This document shows, one piece after another, positions 18,529 to 27,249 of a DNA stretch of 64,000 nucleotides (position 1 is the first letter of the stretch; every line of letters starts with the position of its first letter). This stretch comes from an uncultured Melioribacteraceae bacterium. Its GTDB lineage: Bacteria > Bacteroidota > Ignavibacteria > Ignavibacteriales > Melioribacteraceae. The position numbers and the translations under genes are program-made. The stretch covers positions 372-64,371 of the forward strand of contig CAZTYP010000029.1 of NCBI GenBank assembly GCA_964617555.1. Direction: 5' to 3'. The notes under the pieces were generated by a model that saw nothing but the letters and a program-made list of their open reading frames with translations, was not told the DNA's origin and made no database searches.

Positions 18529-19431
18529 ATGAGAAAAATATTTTTGATATCGTTAATAAGTTTTTTACCCTTATTTGCTCAAACAGCCGGTAACAGCGGT
18601 GCGGCTTTCCTTAAAAACGGTTTTGGTGCCCGTAATATTGCGATGGGAGATTTAGGCGTTGCCGGGGTTAACGATTTAACGGCGTTGAATTATAACCCGG
18701 CATTACTTTCCGGATACTCCGCACCGCAAATTATGCTCACGTATAACAAGTCGATTCAAGATCTTAATACACAATTGGTCGGGGCAAGTTTTAATATCTT
18801 GGGTTTGCCTTTTGCCCTCGGAGTAAATAATACATCTGTTTCCGAAATTGAAGTGAGAACAAGTGCTACGGACGAACCTATTGCAACGTTTAATGCACAT
18901 TATATGTTTACATCCGTTTCTACGGGATTTAACGTAGTGGATAATTTTTCAATTGGTGGAACGGTTAAATATATCTACGAAAATTTATTTTCCGACGAGG
19001 CGGATGGATTCGCTTTTGATTTAGGCCTCTCTTATAAAGGAATTGTCGAAGGGTTGGAATTCGGGGCATCGTTGAAAAACATAGGAACACTCTCCGAACT
19101 AAGAAACAAAGCAACAACGCTTCCAACCGATTTGCGAATCGGAGCGGCGTATTCTACGGCTGCGAAAGTTATTGAAACGAAATTTAGTTTTATAGGCGGC
19201 GTTCAAAAATATTTGGAAACGGATGATTCCCACATCCATATTGGTGCCGAAGCATATTACAGTAATACCGTGGCGATTCGTTTAGGGTATATGACCGGAT
19301 ACGAAGCTAAAGGCTTAACCGCTGGATTGGGTTTGTACTGGCATGGCATAAATTTCGATTATGCTTTTACGCCCTACTTATACGGTCTCGGAACTGCGCA
19401 CACAATATCTTTAATGTATTCATTCAATTGA
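18529..19431 (+). CDS. PorV/PorQ-family (FadL-like) outer-membrane beta-barrel protein, divergent tandem paralog
   Basis: Signal peptide, FGARNIAMGDLG...NYNPA motif, beta-barrel periodicity, and a C-terminal SLMYSFN. Confidence 0.65.
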   Translation: MRKIFLISLISFLPLFAQTAGNSGAAFLKNGFGARNIAMGDLGVAGVNDLTALNYNPALLSGYSAPQIMLTYNKSIQDLNTQLVGASFNILGLPFALGVNNTSVSEIEVRTSATDEPIATFNAHYMFTSVSTGFNVVDNFSIGGTVKYIYENLFSDEADGFAFDLGLSYKGIVEGLEFGASLKNIGTLSELRNKATTLPTDLRIGAAYSTAAKVIETKFSFIGGVQKYLETDDSHIHIGAEAYYSNTVAIRLGYMTGYEAKGLTAGLGLYWHGINFDYAFTPYLYGLGTAHTISLMYSFN

Positions 19432-19438
19432 TACTTTT

Positions 19439-20398
19439 ATGGAAATAATAAAATACACGGAAAAGTGGAAAGAAAAATGGGATAAATTTGTTGAGGAATC
19501 CAATAACGGAACACTATTCCATTTACAAAAATTTTTCGATTATCACAGCCCCGGCAAATTTAATTTCAATCATCTAATCTTTCTTGAAAAAGGAGAAATT
19601 GTTGCCCTTCTTCCAGGAGCAATGATAGGAAGTAAATTCGAATCTCCCATAGGCGCAAGCTATGGCTCCATAGTTACCAAAGATATCAAATTTGCAAAAG
19701 CAATGAAAATTGTTTCCACGCTTTTGGATTATGCCAAGGCCAACGGAATTACGGAGTTTGAACTTACAGCCGCTCCGGTTGTATACGAAGATAAGCCAAA
19801 TCAGAACCTCGATTTTGCAATGCTGTGGCAAGGATTTCATTATTCCTTACATTACATAAGCAGTGCCATTAAGTTAGATAAAAATGTTGATATTATTTCC
19901 CGTTTTCAACCTACCGTTCGCAGAAATATTCGTAAAACTTTTCGCAATTCCGATATCAGAGTTGAAATAAACGAACACTACGAGCAATTTTATCCTATCC
20001 TTTTGGATAACAAAGCACGCCACAACGTAAAACCGACACATACTTTAGATGAATTGTTGCGATTAAAAAAACTATTACCCGAACATCTTAAACTATTTAT
20101 GATTTATTATAAAGATATTCCTATCGGCGGTTCGTTGATGTTTTTTGTTAACAAAACTTGTGCCCTCTGTTTTTACAATATGCTCGATTATAAATATGAG
20201 CACTTAAAACCAATTCACAGAATAATGTATGAGGTGGTTAAATACTCTACCGATAAAGGTTACAGCTACGTGGATATCGGAGTTTCCCAAGATACATCGG
20301 CGGAAAATCCGATGACACCAAGTATGAGTTTAATTGAATTCAAAGAAAAATTTGATGCCAAAACTGTTATGCGTAATACTTTGTCTATTAAATTATAA
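19439..20398 (+). CDS. FemAB-like / GNAT-fold acyltransferase (Acetyltransf_6-like)
   Basis: 319 aa. The N-terminus W.EKWDKFVEESNNGTLFHLQKFFDY and the overall two-lobed layout resemble FemX/FemAB-type and BioF2-like GNAT proteins. Assigned by pattern only. Confidence 0.5.
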   Translation: MEIIKYTEKWKEKWDKFVEESNNGTLFHLQKFFDYHSPGKFNFNHLIFLEKGEIVALLPGAMIGSKFESPIGASYGSIVTKDIKFAKAMKIVSTLLDYAKANGITEFELTAAPVVYEDKPNQNLDFAMLWQGFHYSLHYISSAIKLDKNVDIISRFQPTVRRNIRKTFRNSDIRVEINEHYEQFYPILLDNKARHNVKPTHTLDELLRLKKLLPEHLKLFMIYYKDIPIGGSLMFFVNKTCALCFYNMLDYKYEHLKPIHRIMYEVVKYSTDKGYSYVDIGVSQDTSAENPMTPSMSLIEFKEKFDAKTVMRNTLSIKL

Positions 20399-20412
20399 TT
20401 CTGTTAACAAGC

Positions 20413-21537
20413 GTGACAAAGCAAAAAAAAATATCGATAACAATCGCCTTCCTCGGTAATGCAAATTACGATACGCGTGTTACAAATCTTGCCGATTCTT
20501 TAACGGCTGACGGAGTAGATGTAAAGATAATTTCTTTCGATTGGAAAACTCCTGGGTTTACTTCCGTTTCAGGAAATAGATCCGTCTTTAAATTAACGAA
20601 AAAGAAAAATCCTTTCGGATTCTATCTGAATTTTATCATTATTCTTTTCAAGGAATTATTAAAAACGAAATCTTCAATATATTTTGCCGAAGATATTCAA
20701 ACACTTCCGATTGTAACCTTTATAGCAAAATTACGCAAGGCAAAAGTCTATTATAACAGTAGGGAGTTTTATGCATTCCTTGCAGGATTGCGAAATAAAC
20801 CTAAAACACAAACCGTTATTAGAATGTTGGAAAAGTTCTTTATTAATAAAGTGGATAAGGTTTTGGTTACCGGTGAAAAAGATGCGGAGTTTTTAACGGA
20901 GTATTACGGAATTTCGAACATAGTGGTGATACGCAATCTCCCTTCGTTAAAAAGGGCGGATGCTCCGATGAATTTTAGAGAAATGTTAAATATTTCTGCC
21001 GATAAAACTATACTTTTGTATCAGGGAGTAATATTGGAAGGACGCGGATTGGAGCCGTTGTTAAAAGCTATGCAAAATGTAAAGATGTGCGAGCTTGTTA
21101 TTTTGGGTGATGGAGAATTTAAAACAAAATACGAACAATTTGCCGTAAAATTGAAAATTGAAAAAAGAGTTCATTTTCTTGGCAATATTGAGCAGAAAAA
21201 ATTAATTAACTATACCGCCGCCGCCGATATAGGCGTTGCTTTAATTGAAAACATAAGCAAAAGTTATTATTACGCATTACCCAATAAATTGTTTGAATAT
21301 ATAATGGCAGAGCTTCCGGTATTGGTTAGTAATTTACCGCAAATGAAAAAAATAACGGAAGAATATCAAGTCGGTTATGTTGTGGATTTAGAGCAAGATA
21401 ATTTGACCGATGTGCTCAAAAAAATAACTGAAAACAAATACAATTTGATTGAGTATAAAGAAAACTGTATAAAAGCCAAAAAAGAACTCAATTGGGAAAA
21501 GGAATACGAAAAGGTAAAACATTTGTTAATTGGATAG
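20413..21537 (+). CDS. Glycosyltransferase family 4
   Basis: GTG start. GT-B C-terminal domain with ILLYQGVILEGRGLEPLL and ALPNKLFEYIMAELPVLVSNLPQM (EX7E region). Confidence 0.75.
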   Translation: MTKQKKISITIAFLGNANYDTRVTNLADSLTADGVDVKIISFDWKTPGFTSVSGNRSVFKLTKKKNPFGFYLNFIIILFKELLKTKSSIYFAEDIQTLPIVTFIAKLRKAKVYYNSREFYAFLAGLRNKPKTQTVIRMLEKFFINKVDKVLVTGEKDAEFLTEYYGISNIVVIRNLPSLKRADAPMNFREMLNISADKTILLYQGVILEGRGLEPLLKAMQNVKMCELVILGDGEFKTKYEQFAVKLKIEKRVHFLGNIEQKKLINYTAAADIGVALIENISKSYYYALPNKLFEYIMAELPVLVSNLPQMKKITEEYQVGYVVDLEQDNLTDVLKKITENKYNLIEYKENCIKAKKELNWEKEYEKVKHLLIG

Positions 21538-21580
21538 AAAAAAATTATTCTTTATATTCTCACTCTAAATTTTAAGTTTG

Positions 21581-21673
<93 letters not shown>

Positions 21674-21775
21674 TTTTTTTTAAGTTTTCGCTTATATTCC
21701 GAAAAAACATTCACTATTCAATCAAAAAAACTTTCTTGAAAATTCGTTATTTTTAATACTCAAAAGAGGATTTTA

Positions 21776-22714
21776 ATGAACATAATAGAAGTAGAAAATT
21801 TAACCAAAATATATAAAGGACCTAAAGCAAACGGGGAAATTAAAGCTTTGGATAATTTTTCCCTTTCCGTTTCCAAAGGGGAAATTTTCGGATTGTTGGG
21901 AGCAAACGGTGCCGGCAAAACTACACTGATAAAAGTTTTGCTGGGTATTGTTCATCCTACCTTCGGCAGTGCAAAAATTTTCGGTAAAGATATTACGGAT
22001 TTTTCAGTAAGAAGCAAAATCGGCTTTCTCCCCGAAAGTCATAAATTCCCTACTTATCTAACAGCAGAAGAAGTGCTCTATTATTTTGCGGAGTTGAGCG
22101 GTGTGGAAAAAAATGTTATTAAACAACGGGCAGCAAAATATCTTTCCCTTGTTCGTATCGAAAAATGGAAGAAAACCAAAGTAAAACAATTTTCCAAAGG
22201 GATGATGCAACGGCTTGGTTTGGCACAAGCAATGATGAATGACCCCGAGTTGATTTTTTTAGATGAACCTACGGATGGAATTGACCCCCTCGGTCGGAAA
22301 GAAATTCGTGATATTTTATCCGAGCTAAAAGAAGATGGCAAAACTATTTTTCTTAACAGTCATCTATTATCGGAAGTGGAAATGATTAGTACCACAGTGG
22401 GAATAATGAAAACGGGCAAACTTTTGCAATACGGGAAAGTGGAAGACCTTACAACCGATAAGGAGGTTTACATAATTGAAACAGCAACGCCGGTTAATAC
22501 CGGATTGCTTCCTTCTTCTTTTGATAACATTAGTATCAAAGTGGAATCTCCGGTGAAAATAATTGTAAATGTAAAAGACAGTTTGGAACTGAATTTTGTA
22601 ATTGACCATTTCAGAAAAAACGGGGTGATAATTAAAAACGTATCGCAAAAAAAAGAGACACTGGAAGAGTTGTTTCTTTCCCTTGTTGCAAATACTGAAG
22701 GAGGGGAGGAATGA
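21776..22714 (+). CDS. ABC transporter ATP-binding protein (ABC-2 exporter type)
   Basis: Walker A GANGAGKTT, signature FSKGMMQRL, Walker B LIFLDEPTDGID and an H-loop NSHL. Confidence 0.9.
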   Translation: MNIIEVENLTKIYKGPKANGEIKALDNFSLSVSKGEIFGLLGANGAGKTTLIKVLLGIVHPTFGSAKIFGKDITDFSVRSKIGFLPESHKFPTYLTAEEVLYYFAELSGVEKNVIKQRAAKYLSLVRIEKWKKTKVKQFSKGMMQRLGLAQAMMNDPELIFLDEPTDGIDPLGRKEIRDILSELKEDGKTIFLNSHLLSEVEMISTTVGIMKTGKLLQYGKVEDLTTDKEVYIIETATPVNTGLLPSSFDNISIKVESPVKIIVNVKDSLELNFVIDHFRKNGVIIKNVSQKKETLEELFLSLVANTEGGEE

Positions 22715-23517
22715 AAAACGTTTTTATTATGGCGCTGCTAACTTTTCGCGAGGCACTATCCAAAAAGATTTTTCTTGTTTTCTTTTTGATCTCTACATTT
22801 GTAATAATTCTTTTTGCTTTGTTCACCTTTTCCGGCTCCGCGGTAAATTTTCATGCATCTTTTACGGTAAGAGGTAATTTAAATACAGATAACCCGATAG
22901 TAGGGGGAATAAAACTTTTTCTTATCTATCCTTTGTATGCGGGCGGAATGTTTCTTTCTATCTTTTCGGTTGTAGGTTTTATTCCGTCGTTGCTGGAAAA
23001 AGGGAATATAGATTTGCTCCTTTCCAAACCTATCTCCCGTGGTCAAATAATTTGGGGAAAATTTTTAGGCGGAACAGCAATGGTTTTTGCCAATGTTTTT
23101 TATGCCGTATTTATGTTGTATTTATTAATCGGATTTAAGTTTGATGAATGGGGTTTATCTTTTATACTTGTGGCTTTTACAATTACACTTGCCTTTGCCG
23201 CTATCTATTCGGTTATTATTTTGCTTGGTATTTTATGGGAAAATTCAACATTCTCCTTAATAGTTTCTTATTTAATCTTTTTTGTCTTTTCTCCTTTGCT
23301 TGGTAGTTTGCAAAATATGCAAGAGGCTAATTTAAAAAATGTTGTGTTAACTCTACTCTATTACATTGTTCCGCAAACCTCCGATATTTCTTCAATTACC
23401 ACTAAATTGGTTTTAGGAAATTATAATTTCGGAATAGCGCCTCTTGTTGTATCTTCGTTATATATAATAATTCTTATTAACATTTCCATTTACATTTTTA
23501 ATAAAAAGGATTACTAA
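22711..23517 (+). CDS. ABC-2 family transporter permease
   Basis: 268 aa, about 6 TM helices. ATGA overlap with the ATPase gene. Confidence 0.7.
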   Translation: MKNVFIMALLTFREALSKKIFLVFFLISTFVIILFALFTFSGSAVNFHASFTVRGNLNTDNPIVGGIKLFLIYPLYAGGMFLSIFSVVGFIPSLLEKGNIDLLLSKPISRGQIIWGKFLGGTAMVFANVFYAVFMLYLLIGFKFDEWGLSFILVAFTITLAFAAIYSVIILLGILWENSTFSLIVSYLIFFVFSPLLGSLQNMQEANLKNVVLTLLYYIVPQTSDISSITTKLVLGNYNFGIAPLVVSSLYIIILINISIYIFNKKDY

Positions 23518-23603
23518 AATTTTATCCCCGAAACTAATTTTTTTAGGATAGAATTTTCAAGTTGTTTACGTTTGGGTGTAAAAAAATAAAAAAAAGGATT
23601 AAA

Positions 23604-24557
23604 ATGAGTAAAGAAAACGAGGTATCACTTAATGATTTGTTGGGCGAAGTTGCCCAACCCGATGAAGCCGATAAAATAGAACTTGTTGCGGTTATAGGTG
23701 CGGGTGTAATGGGGCAAGGAATTGCCCAAACAATTGCTTCGGCCGGAATTGATGTTATTATGATTGAAAAATCAATGGAAAAAGTTGAAGAAGCAAAAGA
23801 ACATTTAACAAGAAACATGGAATATGAAATCTCGCGATGGGCAATGACAAAAAGCGAAATGAAATCCATTATGAGTCGTATTCAATGGTCTTTGGATATG
23901 AATGATGCCAAAGATGCCGATTTTATTATTGAAGCGGTTGAAGAAAATTTTGAATCGAAACAGCAAGTTATTTCCATTATGGATATTGTTGCCAAACCCG
24001 AAACAATTCTGGTTTCCAATACATCAACATTAAGTCTTACAAAAATTGCCGAAACAACCAAACGTCCCGAAAAAATTATCGGAATGCATTTCCTGAACCC
24101 TGTTCCGAAAGTCAATATTGTGGAAGTGGTAAAAGCATTGGAAACATCCGACGATACCGTTATGCGAACAAAAGCCTTTGCCGAAAAAATAGGTAAACGT
24201 CCGATTGAAGTTTACGAATATCCGGGATTTGTTACAACCCGTGTAATAGTTCCTTACCTTAATGAAGCAATGTACGTATTGTTGGAAGGAATTGCATCGG
24301 CCGAAGATATTGAAATAGCAATGAAGTTAGGTTACAATTTACAAATAGGTCCTTTGGAATTAGCCGATACCATCGGTTTGGATGAACTATTGCACTGGAT
24401 GCAGGAATTATGGAATGCACTCGGCGAGCCGAGATACCGCCCTTGCCCGATTTTACGTCAAATGGTTCGCGATAGAAAATTCGGTAAAAAAAGCGGTGAA
24501 GGATTTTTTAAATATGATAAGGATGGAAATAAGATTGTAAGTGAGGAGAAAAAATGA
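23604..24557 (+). CDS. hbd: 3-hydroxybutyryl-CoA / 3-hydroxyacyl-CoA dehydrogenase (NAD-binding)
   Basis: VAVIGAGVMGQGIAQ Rossmann motif, plus NTSTLSLT, IGMHFLNPVP, PGFVTTRV and YRPCPILRQMV...GKKSGEGFF. I chose the start at MSKENE (23604) rather than the track's 23562. Confidence 0.85.
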   Translation: MSKENEVSLNDLLGEVAQPDEADKIELVAVIGAGVMGQGIAQTIASAGIDVIMIEKSMEKVEEAKEHLTRNMEYEISRWAMTKSEMKSIMSRIQWSLDMNDAKDADFIIEAVEENFESKQQVISIMDIVAKPETILVSNTSTLSLTKIAETTKRPEKIIGMHFLNPVPKVNIVEVVKALETSDDTVMRTKAFAEKIGKRPIEVYEYPGFVTTRVIVPYLNEAMYVLLEGIASAEDIEIAMKLGYNLQIGPLELADTIGLDELLHWMQELWNALGEPRYRPCPILRQMVRDRKFGKKSGEGFFKYDKDGNKIVSEEKK

Positions 24558-25759
24558 AAGTATTAGTATTAAATTCCGGCAGTTCTTCTATCAAATATCA
24601 ATTTATAGATACACATAATCAAGAAGCATTAGCAAAAGGTCAGGTAGAGCGTATCGGAATGAGCAGTGCGGTTTTAACTCATATTCCCAAAGGGAAAGAA
24701 AAGATAAAAATAGTTGGCGAAATTTTAGATCATACTTTGGCAATAGAATATGTTCTTGCCGTTTTACTTTCTCCCAATCACGGTGTTATTAAAGATAAAT
24801 CCGAAATTGATGCGGTTGGGCACAGAGTTGTTCACGGCGGCGAAGATTTTTCCGGTTCGGTTTTAATTACAGACAGAGTAATGGAGGTTTTGAAAGATAA
24901 TATAGAACTTGCCCCGCTCCATAACCCGGCAAACATAAAAGGTATAAAAGCGGCAAAATCGCATTTGCCAAACACTCCTCAAGTCGGTGTTTTTGATACG
25001 GCGTTTCATGCAAAAATGCCTCCTCATGCATATTTATACGGATTACCTTACGAGCTATACCGCCGTTATAAAATTAGGCGTTACGGCTTTCACGGAACGT
25101 CTCACAGATTTGTTTCGTTAAAAGCCGCCGAAATGCTAGGTAAACCGTACAACGAATTAAAATTGATTACCGCACATCTAGGGAACGGCGGTTCGCTTGC
25201 CGCAATTGATAAAGGCGTTTCCGTCGATACTTCTATGGGCTTTACTCCTTTGGAAGGGCTTATTATGGGTACTCGAAGCGGCGACCTTGATCCTTCTATA
25301 ATTACTTACGTAATGGGTAAAGAAGGGCTCGAAATAAGAGAAATGAACGCTTTGCTTAATAAACACAGCGGCTTAATAGGTGTTAGCGGTGAAAGCTCAG
25401 ATATGCGAGAACTGGAAGAAGCTGTTGCCGAAGGGGATAAAAGAGCTAAATATGCTTTTGACCTTTATGCATACAGAATAAAAAAATACGTGGGTGCTTA
25501 CATTGCGGCTCTCGGCGGATTGGATGCGTTAGTGTTTACCGGAGGAATAGGCGAAAACTCTTCTGCGGTTCGTAAAGCCGTGTGTGAAAACATGGAATAT
25601 TTAGGTTTAGAACTCGACCTCGAAAAAAATAAAAATGTAAATGGTCAAATGGATTTGGCTACGGATAATTCGAAGGTAAGAATATTAAGAATTCCTACAA
25701 ACGAAGAACTTGTAATTGCAATGGATACCGAAGAGATAGTAAATGAACAATTACAATAA
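24554..25759 (+). CDS. ackA: Acetate kinase
   Basis: The N-terminus MKVLVLNSGSSSIKYQ is classic. VGHRVVHGG, FDTAFH, YGFHGTSH, HLGNGGS and FTGGIGEN are also present. It overlaps hbd by 4 nt. Confidence 0.95.
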   Translation: MKVLVLNSGSSSIKYQFIDTHNQEALAKGQVERIGMSSAVLTHIPKGKEKIKIVGEILDHTLAIEYVLAVLLSPNHGVIKDKSEIDAVGHRVVHGGEDFSGSVLITDRVMEVLKDNIELAPLHNPANIKGIKAAKSHLPNTPQVGVFDTAFHAKMPPHAYLYGLPYELYRRYKIRRYGFHGTSHRFVSLKAAEMLGKPYNELKLITAHLGNGGSLAAIDKGVSVDTSMGFTPLEGLIMGTRSGDLDPSIITYVMGKEGLEIREMNALLNKHSGLIGVSGESSDMRELEEAVAEGDKRAKYAFDLYAYRIKKYVGAYIAALGGLDALVFTGGIGENSSAVRKAVCENMEYLGLELDLEKNKNVNGQMDLATDNSKVRILRIPTNEELVIAMDTEEIVNEQLQ

Positions 25760-25771
25760 TTATATATTATT

Positions 25772-25810
25772 AAACTTTCCGTATGTTTTTATGCGGGAAG
25801 TTTAATTTTA
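25772..25810 (+). terminator. Putative intrinsic terminator after ackA
   Basis: AAACTTTCCG (25772-25781) pairs with CGGGAAGTTT (25794-25803), with one G-U pair. An A/T-rich tail AATTTTA follows. Confidence 0.45.
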
Positions 25811-25839
25811 TCGGATAACATTTAACAAATTTTATTAAA

Positions 25840-26631
25840 ATGAATTTAAAATTAAAAAATAAAACGGTTCTTATTACCGCAGCCAGTAAAGGTATTGGTA
25901 AAGCAACCGCTGAGATGTTTGCTGCCGAAGAGGCAAATGTGGTAATTTGTTCAACCTGCAAAAAAAATCTGTTAACAGCGGTAAAAGAAATTGAAGAAAA
26001 AACGGGTTATGCCCCTTTTTTCAAAGTATGCGATATTAATAATTATAACGATATAAAAAAAACGGTGAAATTTGTTAAAGATAAATTCGGCGGGGTGGAT
26101 ATTCTTGTTAACAATTGCGGCGGACCGATTCCCGGTATATTTACAGATTTATCCGATTCCGACTGGTACAATGCCGTTGACCAAGTATTAATGAGTGTTG
26201 TTAGATTTAATAGAGAAGTATTGCCCGATATGATAGAAAATAATTGGGGGAGGATAATTAATATAACATCTCTTTCGGTAAAACAACCCGTAGATAATTT
26301 ACTTCTTTCCAATGCCTTGCGTAGTGCCGTTACGGCAATGGCAAAAACATTAAGTAATCAAATAGGCAAGTATAATATAACCGTAAACAATGTTGCTCCG
26401 GGTTATACGCTTACTTCTCGTCTTGAGCAATTGGCTCTTAATAAGGAAAAGGAGACCGGTATGACTAAGGAGCAAGTATTTGCAGAGATGGCGGAAAAAA
26501 CAGCAATGAAAAGATTGGCCGCTCCACACGAGGTTGCAGCAACCGTTCTTTACCTTGCTTCGGAACAGGCCGGCTATATTACCGGAGTTACTGTCCCCGT
26601 TGACGGTGGTGCAATAAAAGCTGCTTATTAG
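25840..26631 (+). CDS. SDR family oxidoreductase (3-oxoacyl-ACP reductase-like)
   Basis: VLITAASKGIGKATA (TGxxxGxG variant), NNCGG, and a catalytic-region S...Y/K pattern. 263 aa. Confidence 0.8.
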   Translation: MNLKLKNKTVLITAASKGIGKATAEMFAAEEANVVICSTCKKNLLTAVKEIEEKTGYAPFFKVCDINNYNDIKKTVKFVKDKFGGVDILVNNCGGPIPGIFTDLSDSDWYNAVDQVLMSVVRFNREVLPDMIENNWGRIINITSLSVKQPVDNLLLSNALRSAVTAMAKTLSNQIGKYNITVNNVAPGYTLTSRLEQLALNKEKETGMTKEQVFAEMAEKTAMKRLAAPHEVAATVLYLASEQAGYITGVTVPVDGGAIKAAY

Positions 26632-26676
26632 AAGTTTTTGGGGATAAATTAAAATTAGATTTTTACGAGGTGCAAA

Positions 26677-27135
26677 ATGAAAAGGAATATTTTTCTTGTT
26701 ATCATTATTTCCCAATTGCTTTTTCTAATCGGTTGTAAACAAAACGAATTACCAACCGAACCGAATTCTACTCTTCAAGGTGAATATTTCGGAAGTTTTT
26801 ACGTAACATTTAATAATTATCATAATTCTTCGGAAAAGGTAACACAAACCGGTGAAATTGCATTTGTATTCAAAGATTCCGGATACAGTTACATCGGAGT
26901 AGTGAAAGATTCCGTAAAGGATACAATTAAGTTTGAAATAAAAGATTCAGGTAGATTTGAAAAGACGGGTAATCGTATAAATATGTATGATGTTTCTTGG
27001 CTTAAAATGAATCCGGGTTGGTTTAGCAGTTTATATTTAACCGATACTTTTTCAATTACAACAGAGGCAAATTGTTATATAATTACTCAAGAAAATGACT
27101 TTGCAAAGTGGAAAATAAATTTAATAAAAAAATAA
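26677..27135 (+). CDS. Hypothetical lipoprotein
   Basis: Signal peptide plus lipobox (LFLIGCKQ). 152 aa, no recognised family. Confidence 0.45.
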   Translation: MKRNIFLVIIISQLLFLIGCKQNELPTEPNSTLQGEYFGSFYVTFNNYHNSSEKVTQTGEIAFVFKDSGYSYIGVVKDSVKDTIKFEIKDSGRFEKTGNRINMYDVSWLKMNPGWFSSLYLTDTFSITTEANCYIITQENDFAKWKINLIKK

Positions 27136-27249
27136 TTTTAATTTTTCGTTGAAACAATAATGTGAAAAATTTTACAATTATTTTTCTTTACTGAATTGTA
27201 TAACCATAATAATTGCGAACAATAATTTTCTCCATAAACAGGAGACATA

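Noticed and set aside
23562-23603. 14-codon extension at the 5' end of hbd in the ORF track
   Set aside because: The translation (MFTFGCKKIKKRIK) comes from an A-rich spacer. MSKENE at 23604 follows an AAGGA-like RBS and leaves a normal distance to the Rossmann motif.
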